NCBI RefSeq assembly: GCF_016432865.1
Contig: NC_067400.1
Span: 629,362,001 to 629,426,000, forward strand
From: Antechinus flavipes
Taxonomy: Eukaryota
DNA length: 64,000 nt
Reading direction: 5' to 3'
Numbering within the stretch: position 1 is the first letter of the stretch; every line of letters begins with the position of its first letter. The translations under genes were made by a program, and so were the position numbers. Under the pieces are notes generated by a model. The model was not told where the DNA came from, did no database searches, and worked only from the letters and a program-made list of their open reading frames with translations. Below, piece by piece: positions 21,174-34,666 of this stretch.

Positions 21174-24100
21174 GGGGGTCGGCCCCCCGGCTCCCCCGCT
21201 TCTGGGCGTCCTGACCAGCTCGGAGGGGCCTTTCCACCTGCCGACCCCCGACCCTTCTCCCCAAGCCTGGTAGGGGGGCTTCACTCCATAGGGATCTGGC
21301 CACTCCCAGCGTGAGGGATGGACTTAATCCTTCACCTCTCTCCCCCTCCCCCACATCCTGGGAACTCTAGGACCCCCCTAACACCAGACTCCCTTTCCAT
21401 CTGCCCCTTTGTAATACCACCCCCCCAATGCCCGAACCTGTAGGAAATGAGGCTCGTTCCCACCCACCCTGCTCACCACCACCGCCATCTTGGATCTGGC
21501 TGGAATCGGGGAGGGGGAGGTGGGTCGGGAGAGACGCGGGGTAGGGGGGCTGATTGCCGTTTGGATGTGTGGGGAGGGTGCGGGGTGGGGGTGGGGGGGA
21601 GACGCAGTTTGTACAGACAAAGTCGGGAATAAATATTATCCTTGTGGCACGACTCCATCCTTTGCCCTCCCTACGAGACCCAGGGCACTCGGGGGAGGGC
21701 TCAGTGACCTGAGAACTTCCTGTCTTTCCAATCCCAAGATGCCCCTTTTCTCTTAGTTTTCTCCCCGCACTTCCAGCCTTAAGAACAAGCCCGAGAAGGG
21801 TCCCCTGATTCCACGCTCCTCTCCCCCTCCCCTCCCGACCCCCCCACCCCAGTCTCCCAGCTGGAGCCAGAAGCAGCATCCCGAGGCAGAGTTCCGCCCA
21901 GCCCGCCGACCTCCACGGGTCGCTCTCCGCTCTTGTCTTGCCAGCATCTGGGGGAACTGGCGATAGGGAGAACTCGCCTCGAGCCCCGCCCGACCCTGAC
22001 GGGACCCAGCTCTGGCCCTACCTCCCTCGTGACTTTGGGAAAGCCCTCGGCGCTGTGGAAGTCCCTCAGACCCGGCCTCTCGTCTCTTATCCGGCCCCTT
22101 CGTCAGCCCCTCACGGGGCTCCTTTTCCTCATTCTCCTTCAGTCTTCCAAGTCAAGTCTTCCAAAAGCTCAGCTCCGACTGTTCCTCCACCGCTCTAGGA
22201 GCTCGAGTGGCTTCCTGATGCCTCCGGGATAAAGCCCAGAGCCCTCTTTGCCTTTGAAAGCGCTTTACGCTCGATCTCCCTCGGCTTCCACTCGAGTCGT
22301 CGACTCGCCCGTCCACCGTGGGCTCCTCGCCCGCTCCGTCCCGTCGCCCACCTGTCTGCCTTGCGCCGGCCATCCGTCGCGCCGGGGATGCCCTGTCCCG
22401 TACCAGGCCGACCTCTCCCGATGGGTTTGCCGATCAGTGCTTCCGATTCACTTTGTCCTTACTTTGCACTTGACTTGTGTTTCTGTACGATTCCTCCACC
22501 CCCTCCATCTCCCGCCCCTGAGAGACCCCCCCCCCAGACACCCCCCCATCTGAGGGCGGACTTTCCCGTTCTGTGCTTCCTGGTCCGGAGATGCTTCCCG
22601 GGATCCCGCAGCTGGGCTCCAGCTCTCCGCTCGGGGCCAGTGGGAAGAGTCGCTCTCTCCCTGGGCGACCTTGGGCAAAGCATCGCCTTCACCTTTGGGA
22701 GCCCTCATGCCTTCCTCTGAAAAAGGACGGGACTGGTCGGGAAGGCCTCGAGTTTTGGCTCCCTCGGCCATTCGACGCCTCTTTCTGCCTGGCCCTGGGG
22801 CAGAACCAGCAACGAAGGCTGGGAGCCGCAACGAGGCGACCTCGGCTTGATGACCCCCCGGTGCCGACTGCCTTCTCTCTTTGGGGAGCTCTCGCTGCTG
22901 ACCACTCGGAAGCCAGGGTTGATGGCAGGTTTTTTGCCCCACGTGGAGCGGGCCAACTGGTCCCGAGCCAGAGAGCCTGTGGCCCGACGGCTACGAGAGA
23001 TGGTTTTTAATGATAACGTCTACCCTTGAATCCCATGCTCGGTCACCGCTCGTACCAGCTCTCAAGCCCGAGGGGTTGCCGCCTCCGGCCTTCTCCATTA
23101 GCAGACCTCCGGCCGCTGTCCCACAGCTGTCCCGAAGGGGTCCGTTAGGCAATCTTGCCTTGGCCTTCGACGTTGCCGGCAGCCTTTGCTTCTCCCTAAT
23201 TAGCTCAGAATCTCTTCCCTCTTCGAGGCCCCACCTCCAGCGGAGGCTCTCCTTGTAATCTGTGAAAAGAGAGCCTGAAGTCTTCCTCATTTCACGCCCC
23301 ACAGCCTTCTCTGCGCCGTTCCCCGTTGCCTTCTTTGCCGAAGTCTCTGGAAGAGGAGCCCACTTTGCCTTCATCTCGTTCCCTCCTTCTTCCTCTTGAG
23401 AATTTTTCCTCCTTCAATACTTCTTTCAGTGTCTTTTACCCATTGGCTTCTTCCTTGCTGCCTCCAAAGATGGCCTCACTTTTCCCACCCTGGGGGGGGA
23501 AAGGAGACCCAAACCTTCCCCTGACGTGGCCGCCTCCTCGAGCTCCCGGTCCGAGTCTGTCCCGGTGGGAAAAGGCTTCCTCTGGGCTGAAGGAGCAGGG
23601 CGTCGGACCGATGCTCCCAAGGTCCTTTCTCTCTTGTGCTTATCATGGCCCAAAGCCTAGGAAGGCCTTCGTACTTACCGCTTAACGACTATGCAAGAAA
23701 CCGTGAGCGCTAGAAACAGGAGGACACGAGGGGAACGCTTGGGACTTCCCCTGTCCCAGACTCGGTGTGGACGCCAGGAGAGCATTCGTAGCGGGTGCTC
23801 GATGGGGGGCCGCTCGGGAGCGCGTACGTACGTGTGCGGTGGCGTCCGGCTCGGCGACCTCAGCGTGTCGGCCGGAGAGAAATCCTGGCGCGCTGGGCCA
23901 TTTCCTTCTCAGATCCCGTGTGTGTGTGAGTACCTGTGTCCTCCTGCACCCGTGACGCGCGCAAGGAGAGAGGCCCCAGTCGTGGGAGGGGGAGGTCAGG
24001 AAGGGACTCGGCTGCATCGGAGCTGAGGCTGTGCGGGCCGTGCAGGGTCCTGAGATCCGAGTTCCGGTCTCCATCTCAGTCTCTCCATTTGCCAAACGAA

Positions 24101-24749
24101 GGGATTAGGCCCCCGAGGGCCTTCCGGATCCAGATGGGGGGTTCTAGGCAGCGTGAATCCCCAGGAGGTCCCAGGCGGGTTGTGCGTGTGACAGCGAGGC
24201 CTCCGATGTGGCTGGGCCACGGGCCTTTGAATGGGAGACGGGAGTAGCCTCAGGGCCACGCCTGAGCAATCTTGGGACAGGCTGCCTGTGGGACGTGGCG
24301 GTTGGGCTGAGCCTTGAAGGATTAAGGGGACAGAGGAGGGAGAAGACTCCAGGCACGGGGATCAGCGAGGAGGCCGGAGGTCAGAGAGTGTGGAAGGCAA
24401 TGGACCAAATAGGGGATTTTATGTTGGCTCCTACAAGTGGCAGGTACTTCCGCTGCGGGGACGCACGTGTGTGCACAGCAGGGAGCACGTCCGTGGCGGA
24501 GGATGGAGGAGAGGGACGGAGGAGGGCAGTTATCAGAAGGTACTGCAGTGGTCCGGGGGGCAGGGGGACAGAGCTCGGACTAGGGTGGTGGTTGACCACA
24601 CGAGAAGGCCAAGAGTGCGCTTCCCTTTCCATGACGACTTCCAGCATCTCTCTTTACTTCGTGGCTCGTTACTGCTCTTCCTTTGATACTCATTCTCTCC
24701 AAATCCATCACCCAGTCCAGATCCCGAAGGCCCTCACGTCCTGATCTCC

Positions 24750-26040
24750 CCTTGGATAATTTCCCTTCTTTCTCAACAAAGCAATCTCCCTTCCCACTCC
24801 ACCCCTTGCCCTTATACTAGGAAAGCTCAGCATGCTTATCAATGTTCCCCCAAATACCTGCCCTCCCAGGTCCTCAATTTGCTCACCTCCCACCTCCTAA
24901 TTCCCCCTCAGCTGCACACAGGGTGGGCACCGTTACCACCCTTAGTCTTCCGCTTCTGTGATGAAGGACTTGTTATTTTCTCTAATCCCTCTCCTGTCCT
25001 TCCATCCCTCCCTACGCCCTGATTCTCCCGTCCGCTTTTTATGCTCCTGAGCTCAGATCTCCGGAGCCCCCGCCACGTTACGAGGCTCTCTTCCCACTCT
25101 TGACTCCTCGGTGAATCAGTTCGACCGCACCGTCCGCTCTGGACCCTCTGCTTTCCCTACCTTATTGCCCACCACACCTCGCCAAGCCCCAGCTCCGACT
25201 TATTCCCGCCATTTGCCGCCTCCTCGCATTGCTCCTGACGTGACTTCCTCTGGCTTCTGTGAGCGTCACACGCTGAATGGGTCCACCACACGTTTTGCTC
25301 CTAATTTCAGTTGTGCCTTCACAGTGCAGAGCAATTCTTTTCATCTCCCCTAGTTGCTTCCTCATCCCCTTCCCCGTTGGCCGTCCCAAGCCCGTACGTC
25401 CCTCAGACTTGCACAGAACTGCTGTCCCTTCGCTGTCAGCTGAGAACCTCGCTTTGTAATTTACTAGGGAAAAACGCGATCATTTAGTGGGATCTTCCTC
25501 CCTCCCCTCTCTCCTCATCTTATACCGTCGGCTGTTCCCTTCTCTTGTCTCCGAGGAGGAGATGCTCCTCAACAAGGTTAACCCTTCACACGTATCCTTG
25601 ATTACATCGCTTGCTGTCTTCTCTCAAATTGAGCCGCTATCACCCCCAATCCCCAATCCATCTCCTACTGCCTACAAACATGCCAAAGTCTTCCCTGAGA
25701 AAATCCCCAGTATTCACTATCACGATCCTAAATCTCCTCCCCTTCCTCCTATCCTTCACAAGGGAAAAGTCCGCCCTTGCCATCTCTCCATCTCTCTCTC
25801 GCTCTCCCTTCTAAACCCACTACGCTTTGGCTTGAAGCCTTAGCACCCATGGAAACGGCTCCTCCCCAATCGCCAAGCATCTGATTGCCAAATCTAATGA
25901 CCTTTCCCCCAGCCCTCATCCTTTTTGACCTCCCTGGAGCCGCTGAGGCGGAGCAGTCTGCTCCCAGACACACTCATCTCATTTCTCCAGCCACTTTGAC
26001 TGCTTCCTCACTAAATAGACCCGAGCTCCCCTCCTCGTTC
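24750..26040 (+). mobile_element. L2 LINE remnant
   Basis: Degenerate RT motifs near 25810-25960 (LNPLRFGL..., LIAKSNDL.PALILFDLPGA versus L2 LIAKSNGLFSILILLDLSAAF). Confidence 0.65.
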
Positions 26041-26284
26041 CACTTTGTCACCTGCTTCCCAACTTTCTCAGGATGAATGTCTCTGGACTTACCTAGGTGC
26101 AGTCTGGGAAAATAGACACTTTGGCCACTACGAGGCAACTCAGAGTCTTTCTATCTGGATAGAATCTACAAGAAGTTTTGCTATCCCAGAGAAAAAAAAT
26201 CTGAGCTCACCTCAACGCTAAAATGAAGCATAAGGGGAGAACTTTAGGGAAGGGTTCATCTTGAACACTTTGAGCAATAGGGAG

Positions 26285-26410
26285 GGAATCAGGGTTAAGT
26301 GACTAGCTCAGGGTCACACAGCTACTAACTGTCTGAGGTCCTATTTGAACTTGGCTCCTCTTGACTCCACAGTTGATTCTCTAACCACTTCACCACCTAG
26401 CTGCTCCCTG
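26285..26410 (-). mobile_element. Marsupial CORE-SINE
   Basis: GGGTTAAGTGACT.GCTCAGGGTCACACAGCT...TTTGAAC...CACCACCTAGCTGCTCC is the reverse complement of the tRNA-derived head. Confidence 0.8.
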
Positions 26411-26903
26411 AACATATTTTAGAATACTTTAAAATAGTCCATATTTATAAGTCACTCAATCCTCAATTTTTTTTCTTGCAGGACGGAAGAAGTGATGTGG
26501 GAGATTTTTATTTGTGAAATGAGGGGTTTGGACCGTATCTTTCATCTCTAAATCCTATAAGCCATGAGTAGCGCGATGGAGAACCGGGGTGTGGGATGTC
26601 ATGGCTCTGACAGATGTACTAATTTTGTTGAGTAGTTTTGCTTAACTGTTTTGCAAATGAAACTTTTTTTAAATTAAAAGGATGGTTGGGGTTTGGTGGA
26701 CTGACTCTAAGTTCCCTATCAACTCCAAATCTTGACTCTTTGTGTTCTTAAAGGAATATACTTGTGTTGTTTTGTTATGGTTTGGGGGCGCGTGGGGGGA
26801 GAAGGGTGGAGTATCTCCCTAGAGGCTGAAGAGCGTTACCCTCCAGAGGGAAGTTGGAGGACTTGAGAAAGTCAAAGGCCTTCTCTCCCATCCCTCATCT
26901 CCC

Positions 26904-27370
26904 CTTTTTTTTTTTTTTTTTTTTTTGGTTTTATTTATTTTTAATACACACTTTTATATGTTGGGAGAGAAAAATCAGAGCAAATGGGAAAAACCATGGG
27001 AGAGATTAAAAAAAGAAAAAAAAACAGAAAAAAGAAGTGAACAAAGCGTGTGTTGATTTATATTTAGTGTCCTTAGATCTTTTTCTGGCTGCAGATGGCA
27101 TTTTCTATGCAAAGCTTATTGGGATAGCCTTAGATCACCGCACCGTGAAAAGAACCAGGCCTTTCCTAGTTGATCATCGCACATTATTGCTGTTATTGTG
27201 TACAATGTGTTTCTGCTTCTGCTTGTTTCGCTCAGCATCAGTTCGTGTAAATCTTTCCAGTCCTTTGTCTAATCCGCTCGTTCCTCATTTTTTATAGAAC
27301 CATAATATTCCATGGCCTTCGTGCATCACAGCTTGTTCAGCCATTCCCCAGTGGATGGACGTCCACTTGT
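26904..27370 (-). mobile_element. L1 3' end with poly(A) tail (poly-T on plus)
   Basis: Poly(T) 26904-26927 followed by reverse L1 3'UTR text. Confidence 0.75.
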
Positions 27371-27389
27371 TTTCCAACCTTTGCTATCC

Positions 27390-27720
27390 CTGAACCTCAT
27401 CTCTCTATAGAATCCTCAGCAGTGGGTCTGTGGTTTCACAGATGGTGCAGATCGCCATCATTCATGCCCCTTTATGCTGGTGGACCCTTCCCCTTGCCTT
27501 GCCATAAACCGTCTGTAAAGGAGTCCGCCCTACAAACTGGGGTTTTTCCTCAGCGTAGCTTAACGTTGCCCAAGAACAGCATGTGGCCATCCCCACTTTC
27601 AATGCATGAATCTCTGAGCTCTTTCCCTCCTCATTCGTGTCTTTGATGACATCTTTGCTTGTCCATCGTTGTTGGTAATATGCTAAAACATCCACCTGCG
27701 TTCTGTTGCCCTTTTCGAGT
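27390..27720 (-). mobile_element. RTE LINE 3' fragment
   Basis: Reverse text resembles the RTE C-terminus (KDVIK..., RPRGRPPARWVDP). Confidence 0.6.
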
Positions 27721-29045
27721 AGCCCGCAGTTGTGATTCTTTGGAAATTATGATATTCCATGACTTGCAGAATCAGGAAGAATATTAGTGTTAAAAGGTAA
27801 TTTTTAATTTTTTTAAACAAGGGAGAACCTTGGTCATTGAAAATAATCGACTATTTCCTAAGGCAATCCAGCTCACTCCCCTCTTGTTCAGCTGTGGGTG
27901 CTACTTATTATAAGCATCCATGGTCCAATTCATTCGATCGTCCGCACTGTTGCGGATTCAAGTCTGGACAAATTCATCCACTTGATTTTTCCTGTGTGGA
28001 TAGTTTGATCACACTCTGGATCTCCTTTGGGCTGATTTGCAGCGTACTAGGCCTAGTTGAATCAATCTGCATCCCTTGAGCAACCTGGAGAAATTTTGTG
28101 AGTAGCTCATTCATATTCCTCTGCCTTTTTGTCTCTATTTCTAATTCTTTGTTTAACACTTTCTGTCTCTCAGGTAGGGAACTGGAATTGGGATCTAGGC
28201 CCACTAGTTCCAGAGCCAGTGATTTTTTCCCCCACAGTGCCATGCTACCTTTCTCCTCCAATTACCCCACTTTGCTTCCTCTTTCTAAATCCTGAGTGAG
28301 TATCAGAACCAAGACATGACCGAGGTCATATTATCGCAGGGCCTAGAGTTGAGCAGGGCCATAGAGAGAGATCATCTAGTCAAAGCCTCTCTGAGAGATG
28401 AAGGAAAGGAGTCCCAGGGAAGTCCCACCGCTAGTTGCAGAGGTGGATCTGAAGCCAGGTCGTCTGTCTCCAAGTCGAATATTTTTTCCGTGACCATGCT
28501 TGGCCCAAGGATTTCCATGGGTCACTTGGAAAGAGAGAAGATACTTTCAACCTTCAGCACGTTAGCTTAGATTGGGCACAGTCTACTGCCCAAGAGCTCA
28601 GCCCTCCCACCTTTTCTCCCTTGGAAGAGGCTGGGTACCCTGGGTTTTCCTGCTGTGATATCCCCATTTCATTCCCAACCATTAGGCCAACCAGAGCTTT
28701 TGTTGAAACTCTGGAACAGACACCCCTCCCCCAACCCCCCCCCCCTCCCCCAGTACTGTCACTCCTTTCCTACCTGAGTTCTTCCTGGGGCCAGGGGATG
28801 TTCTGCCTCTGAACCCAAAGTGATGGGTGGTGTGGTCCCACGGGATCCCTGGCTTCCACAAGGATCCCATATCTGGGAATGATTTATCTCCCTGTCTAAA
28901 TTAAGCAGGCTCTGCCGGATCGTGTCCTATGCTGAATTACCATCCTCCTCCTACAGGATGCTAGGCAGGGCAATGGTTGGGAAAAGAAAGCCAAAATAAG
29001 GCAAGTTCGGTGAGTCTGGAGGACAGAAGGTCCCCTCTGCAGGGT

Positions 29046-29085
29046 ACACACACACACACACCCACACACACACACACACACACAC
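29046..29085. repeat. (CA)n microsatellite
   Basis: Direct inspection. Confidence 0.9.
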
Positions 29086-31169
29086 AGTTTGGCTGGAGAG
29101 CTCGGGCCAGTGAGGGCCCAAGTTCCACTCCCATCTTGGGAGCATGAAGTCTTCTTCATAGGATCATAAAACCATGAGTCTGTAGAGATAAAGGCAAACA
29201 ATAGCTCAGAGTGATTGCTATTCCCTTGATCTTGTGAGTCTGTAGGGAAGGGGCATCTTGAAGGATGGGATTATCAGCCCCATGTAACATATCACTGTGT
29301 CTGGTGGGATCATCAGCCCCAGATATAACCGTGTGTGTGTATATATACACATCATATAGACAACACACACACACACAGCAGTCATTAGTTGTAGGAATGC
29401 AGGATAAAGTTTCTACTGCCATTATTGGTTGGTGAAGACCTGGACAGATTTGGCCCGAAGGATACTTGCCATTCTTGAATACGGTTGAAGATCTAATTCG
29501 AAAAAGAAATAACATGGGACTCATTTTGTAAAGGAGAACGCTGAATTCTGGAAAAGGATGGAGAATTGCCTGAGATCAATCCAATTAGGAGTGGGACATG
29601 TGGTATACAGAAGTCGAGTGTCCTGAATCCCACTCATGGAGGGTTGGAAGATAAATCCAATGGTTGCTCCTTATAGTACTACTCTTGGCTCAAAAGGCCA
29701 TTTGCATGAGATTTCCCATTGATGAATATTGATTACTCAGTGTTTTAAACCTATGTTTGGGGCAGGGCAGAGATTGGTGGGGGGAAAGACCTTGGTTCTT
29801 TTGGTTTCCAGTTTTGAGAGGATGAGGAAGATTGGGAAGAAGCCAACTTGTAGAACTTTGATCATGTCCCCATTCTGAGCTTATTACGCTTTGGAGAATT
29901 TTCCCCTGGATTAGATTCATATTTCTGTCTCTCTCTCCCCCATATATGTACTTTCTCTGATTTCTGTTTGCTATCACATTGGAAAAATGGATCTGTTATT
30001 TGCTATATATCCATTATAGAACTAGCATTCGGTAGAAAGGGGAGCAAACCTTGGATATAAAGCTTGCTGCTCTCCTTTTCTCATTAATGAGTGGCAATCA
30101 GGAGTTTAGCCTGAACCTGAAATGCATTTCCCTTGAGGAGTAATATCTAGGGGAGCACACAGATATAATTCTAGCCTAATACCCACCCCATCTGAGGAGA
30201 ACAGTCGCCAACTTCTGGCCCCAATTTCTTCCCATTCTGGTAGGAATCTGAATCTTCCTAGGACAATCCTCCTTGGAGGAGACACAAGAGATATGTATTC
30301 TTGCTTCCGTGTGAACCACCTCTAGACAGATCCATGGGGACATACATAAACACACATCCTCTTACAAAAGGAAAATTAATTCCATCTTAGAACTCTTTTC
30401 TCAGTACCTGCTCCTTCACGGAAACAGATCCAAACTTAAGCAATAATTGGGACCAAAGAAATCCTTATCTCATCCTTTATTTTGATTGGAGGGATCCTCG
30501 ACCTGAGAGATTGTTTCACTAGAAGAAAGGGAGGAAGGAGACGTCAAAAATGGAGACGGAGCCTAGGAAACTCAAGAGGCACAAGGGGATCATAAAGGTC
30601 TGGGGGGAGGGAGATAATAAATGATCAATTATTAAGAGGCTCCTCTGAACCAGGTATTGTGCTAAGTGCTTTCTGCATAATGTCTGATTTGAGCTTCACA
30701 ATCCTGGAAAGTAGATTTTAGTATTATCCCCATTAAATGACATGCCCGAAGCCACCTATGTAGAAAGTGTTTAAGGCTGGATTTGAACTCCTCTTCCTGC
30801 CTCTAAGCCCAGTTTCTTATCTACTACAATACCTAGCAACCCCAAAAGAGAAGTAAGAGATCATGGAGAGGATAGTGGACAAGTAAATCTTGGGGCGATG
30901 AAATAAATCTAAGGAAGCAAAAATGTTCAAGTTTTGTAGATGTTATTACATGGTCCCCCTGAAAAACTATCTTAGCTTTAAGGAAAACTGTCGACTACCC
31001 AGTATTCAAACCATAGCTCACAAGCTCCTACCAATGTTTTCCCCCAAGACCAATCAGAAGATGAGGTGAGTTCAAAGCAAAAAATATTTGCTACTTCTTT
31101 CATTGTTATTGCATCTCCTTTGGTAGAGACACTTTAAAGGTCTTTTGTCCCTCAGGGTCTTTCCCTTTG

Positions 31170-32400
31170 AAGCCTTTTTTTTTTTTTTATTACATTGGCC
31201 ATTTTACCAGCAAATGCATTCTTTTAAAAATATTTTATTTTCCCAAATACATGCAAAGATAATTTTCAACATTCACCTTTGCAAAACTTGTGTTCCAAAT
31301 TTTTTTCCTTCTCCCCCTACTCCTCTCCCCAAGACAGCAGTCGATTCTAAATAAATTAAACATGTGCGATTCTTCTAAATATATTTCCATATTTGTTATG
31401 CTGCACAAGAAAAAAGATCAGAAGGGAAAAATATGAAGAAGAAAAAACAAAACAAGCAAATGATAATAAAAAAGATGAAAAATTTATTCTTTGATCCACA
31501 TTTAATCTCCATCTCTCTGGATGTGGAGGACATTTTCCATCCCAAGTCTACTGGAATTGCCTTGAATTACTGCATTGTCAAAAGAGACAATTCCATCACA
31601 GTTGGTCATTCTATAATCTTGTTGCTGTGTACTATGTTCTCTTGGTTCTGCTCACATCAGTTTGCATCAGTTCATGTAGGTCTTTCCAAGCTTTTTTGAA
31701 ATTAACTCTCCTTTCTTACAGAACAATAATATTCCGTAACTTTCATATACCATCACTTATTCAGTCATTCTCCAATTGATGGGATCCACTCAGTTCTCAA
31801 TTTCTTGCTACTACAAAAAGGGCTACCACAAACATTTTTACACATGTGGGTCCTTTCCTGCTTTTCATGATTTATTTGTGATAACAGATTCAGTAGAGAC
31901 TGCTGGACCAAAAGGTATGCAGTTTGATAGTCCTTTGGACATAGTTCCAAATTGCTCTCCAGAATGGTTGGATTGTTTCACAGCTCCACCAACAATGCAT
32001 TAGTGTCCCAGATTTTCCCCATTCTCTCCAACATTTATCATTATGTTTTTCTGTCTGAGAATTTTGAAGTGATACCTCAGAATTGTCTTGATGTACATTT
32101 CTCTAATTTCTTCATTTGCAAATTATCTGTTCATATCTTCTGTTTATCTATTAGAGAATGGCTTATATTCTTATAAACTTGAGTCAGTTCTCTACATATT
32201 TTAGAAAAGAGGTATTTATCAGAAATACTAGCTATTAAAATTGTTTCCCAACTTTTTGCTTCCCTTCTAATCTTGGTTGCATTGACTTTGTTTGTGCAAA
32301 AACATTTTAATTGAATATAATCAAAATGATCCATTTTGCAATTCATAATGTTTTTTAGTTCTTCTTTGGCCATAAATTCCTCCCTTCTCCATAGATCTAG
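31170..32400 (-). mobile_element. L1 3' fragment (~1.2 kb)
   Basis: Reverse ORFs 31765-31950 and 32131-32403 give L1 ORF2 C-terminal peptides (CKNVCGSPFCSSKK; KMDHFDYIQLKCFCTNKVNATKIRRE). Confidence 0.85.
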
Positions 32401-32905
32401 CAAATATGTTCTTAGCAGCCCATATCAGGCTGTTGGCTAGGAAGGGATCATATTGAAATCAGACCCCAAGGAACTAATTGTTCATTTCCAAACAGATAAC
32501 AGAACACGTGTGATTTCTCAATTCTGATTTTATCTTTGTTTGAAGGCTAGACTAGATGGGGTAAATGGGGACTTGAAATCCCCAGATAGGTGAGGAGATG
32601 GCACGAGAGCATTTAAGAATATAATCAAAATGATCCATTTTGCAATTCACAGTGTTTTCTAGTTCTTCCTCGGCCATAAATTCTTCCCTTCTCCATAGAT
32701 CTAGCAGCCCACATCAGGCTGTTGGCTGGGAAGGGATCATATTTAAATCAGATCCCAAGGAACTAATTGTTCATTTCCAAACAGATAACAGAACGCGTGT
32801 GATTTCTCAATTCTGATTTTATCTTTGTTTAAAGGCTAGACTAGATGTGGTAAATAGGGACTTGAAATCCGCAGATAGATGAAGAGATTGCAAGAGGGCA
32901 TTTAG
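32313..32905. repeat. Tandem duplication, ~304-bp period
   Basis: Copies start GAATATAATCAAAATG at 32313 and 32617. The second lacks 15 nt. Confidence 0.9.
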
Positions 32906-33589
32906 GCGCCCTCCATTTGTTTGAGTTGCCAGACCCCAAAAAACTCCAAAGTTCTTTCTTCACTTGTGAGGTAGAGACTCAAAATTTATGCCTAATAAAA
33001 ACATTTTGTCATCGATGTCATCACCACCATCATCATCATCCTCACTGCTATGCCTTCTGGTTTGTGAAGCACTTCCCATTTATTGTCTAACTTGACCCTC
33101 CGAACAATCCTACAGTATAAATGCAATTATTGCCCTCAATATACAGATGAGTAAACTGAGGCAAACAGTTGACTATCCCATGAGCCTGTTCCTGATCCAA
33201 GTCTAGGAATCTGTCCATTAAACCACCTAGAGTTTGTTGGAATTGCTCAACTCCACCTTGCTCAACAACGTGAGAACTGGATCGTGAACCTCTAGCTCCA
33301 AGTGGAGAATCTCAGGTGATGGCTGAAGGATAGTCACTAGAAGAGCCAATGGCTGTTTATGGAAGGGAATAAGAACAGAGAAAACAGTTGAAGCCTACAA
33401 ACAAACAAGACTGCAGAATTCTGGAGGTTCAGGAGTACGTCCATCAGGACTCGGAGCCCTCATTTTTTCCCTTTTGTTTGCACCTCCAATAACTAGGTCT
33501 TTAGAGGAGGCAACCTGGAAGCAGAAAGCTAGACAGCTCCTGACCTTGCCCCAGTATACCTTGCACCTTTTTTTTTTTTTTTTTTTTTT

Positions 33590-33715
33590 TTTTAAGGCAG
33601 TAGGGGTCAAGTGGCCAGGGTCACAAGGAACTGTGTCTGAGGTAAAATTTGAATTCAGGTCCTCCAAGCTAGAGCATGTGCTCTATCCACTCTACCATCT
33701 AATTGCTCTTTTTTA
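33590..33715 (-). mobile_element. Marsupial SINE with poly(A) tail
   Basis: Poly(T), then GGGGTCAAGTG...TTTGAATTCAGGTCCTCC...GCTCTATCCACT. Confidence 0.75.
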
Positions 33716-33719
33716 GGAT

Positions 33720-34545
33720 TGTCTTTTTATTAAAATGATAAATTTACATAATCTGAACAGTTTTCCTCAGTAAGATTCATGTTCTCATGCACAAAATAAA
33801 GGGTTCAAAGGACAGTGGAGGAAACGTGTGGCAGACTAGCAGGTTGTCTCTAAGACAGGAGGCCCCAAATCCAGCATTTTACAATTTAAGGTCTTTGAAA
33901 CATTTTTTTTCTTTCAATATTTCCTCTAATACATGTCAAGATAGTTTTCAACCTTCCTTTTTTGAACTTTTGAGTTCCAAATTTTTCTCCCTCCCTTCCT
34001 CCCTCAACACAGGAAGCAATCTGATATAGGTGAAATATTCTTTTTTTTTTTTTAATAACTTTTTATTGATAGAACTCATGCCAGGGTAATTTTTTACAGC
34101 ATTATCCCTTGCACTCACTTCTGTTCCGATTTTTCCCCTCCCTCCCTCCACCCCCTCCCCCAGATGGCAAGCAATCTTTTACATGTTAAATAGGTTACGG
34201 TATATTCTGGATACAATATACATGTGCAGAACTGAACAGTTTTCTTGTTGCACAGGGAGAATTGAATTCAGAAGGTAGAAATAACCCGGGAAGAAAAACA
34301 AAAATGCCAGCAGTTTATATTCATCTCCCAGTGTTCTTTAGGTTAAATATTCTTTTAAATTTATGTCCAAATTTGTCATGTTGTGCAAGATAAATCAGAC
34401 CAAATTGGGGGAGGGGGGGACATGAGAAAGAAAAGCAAAAAAAAAAAAATGAAAATACAGCTTCGCTTGACATTCAGTCTCCGGAGATCTCTCTGGATTC
34501 GGATGGACGTTTCCATTGGAAGTCTATTGGAATTGCCTTGAATTT
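33720..34545 (-). mobile_element. Older L1 3' remnant(s) hosting a nested younger L1
   Basis: Reverse L1 3'UTR text on both sides of the nested insert. Confidence 0.65.
34045..34339 (-). mobile_element. Young 5'-truncated L1 (~295 bp) with 17-bp TSD
   Basis: TSD AGGTGAAATATTCTTTT (34028-34044) / AGGTTAAATATTCTTTT (34340-34356). The site reads TTTT|AA, the L1 endonuclease consensus. Confidence 0.88.
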
Positions 34546-34666
34546 TGGAATTGCAGTACAAGGTTGTTAAACTGGCACCTGGGACTCAGTTTCTCGTCTT
34601 TGAAACGAAATGGTTGGGCTAGGTAATTTCTAAGCTGCCCCAAAGAGCTCAGCCAGAGGGCCTGGG

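Noticed and set aside
18042-21284. 1080-aa antisense ORF over ZNF865
   Set aside because: It is exactly in register with the sense frame. It is open because the GC3-rich CDS avoids TTA/CTA/TCA codons. The peptide has no recognisable domain.
29150-30050. Coding-looking fragments (e.g. EDEEDWEEANL, GADDPT/GADNPI)
   Set aside because: Stops are frequent in all frames and I could not link the pieces into one frame or recognise a parent. BLASTx would settle it.
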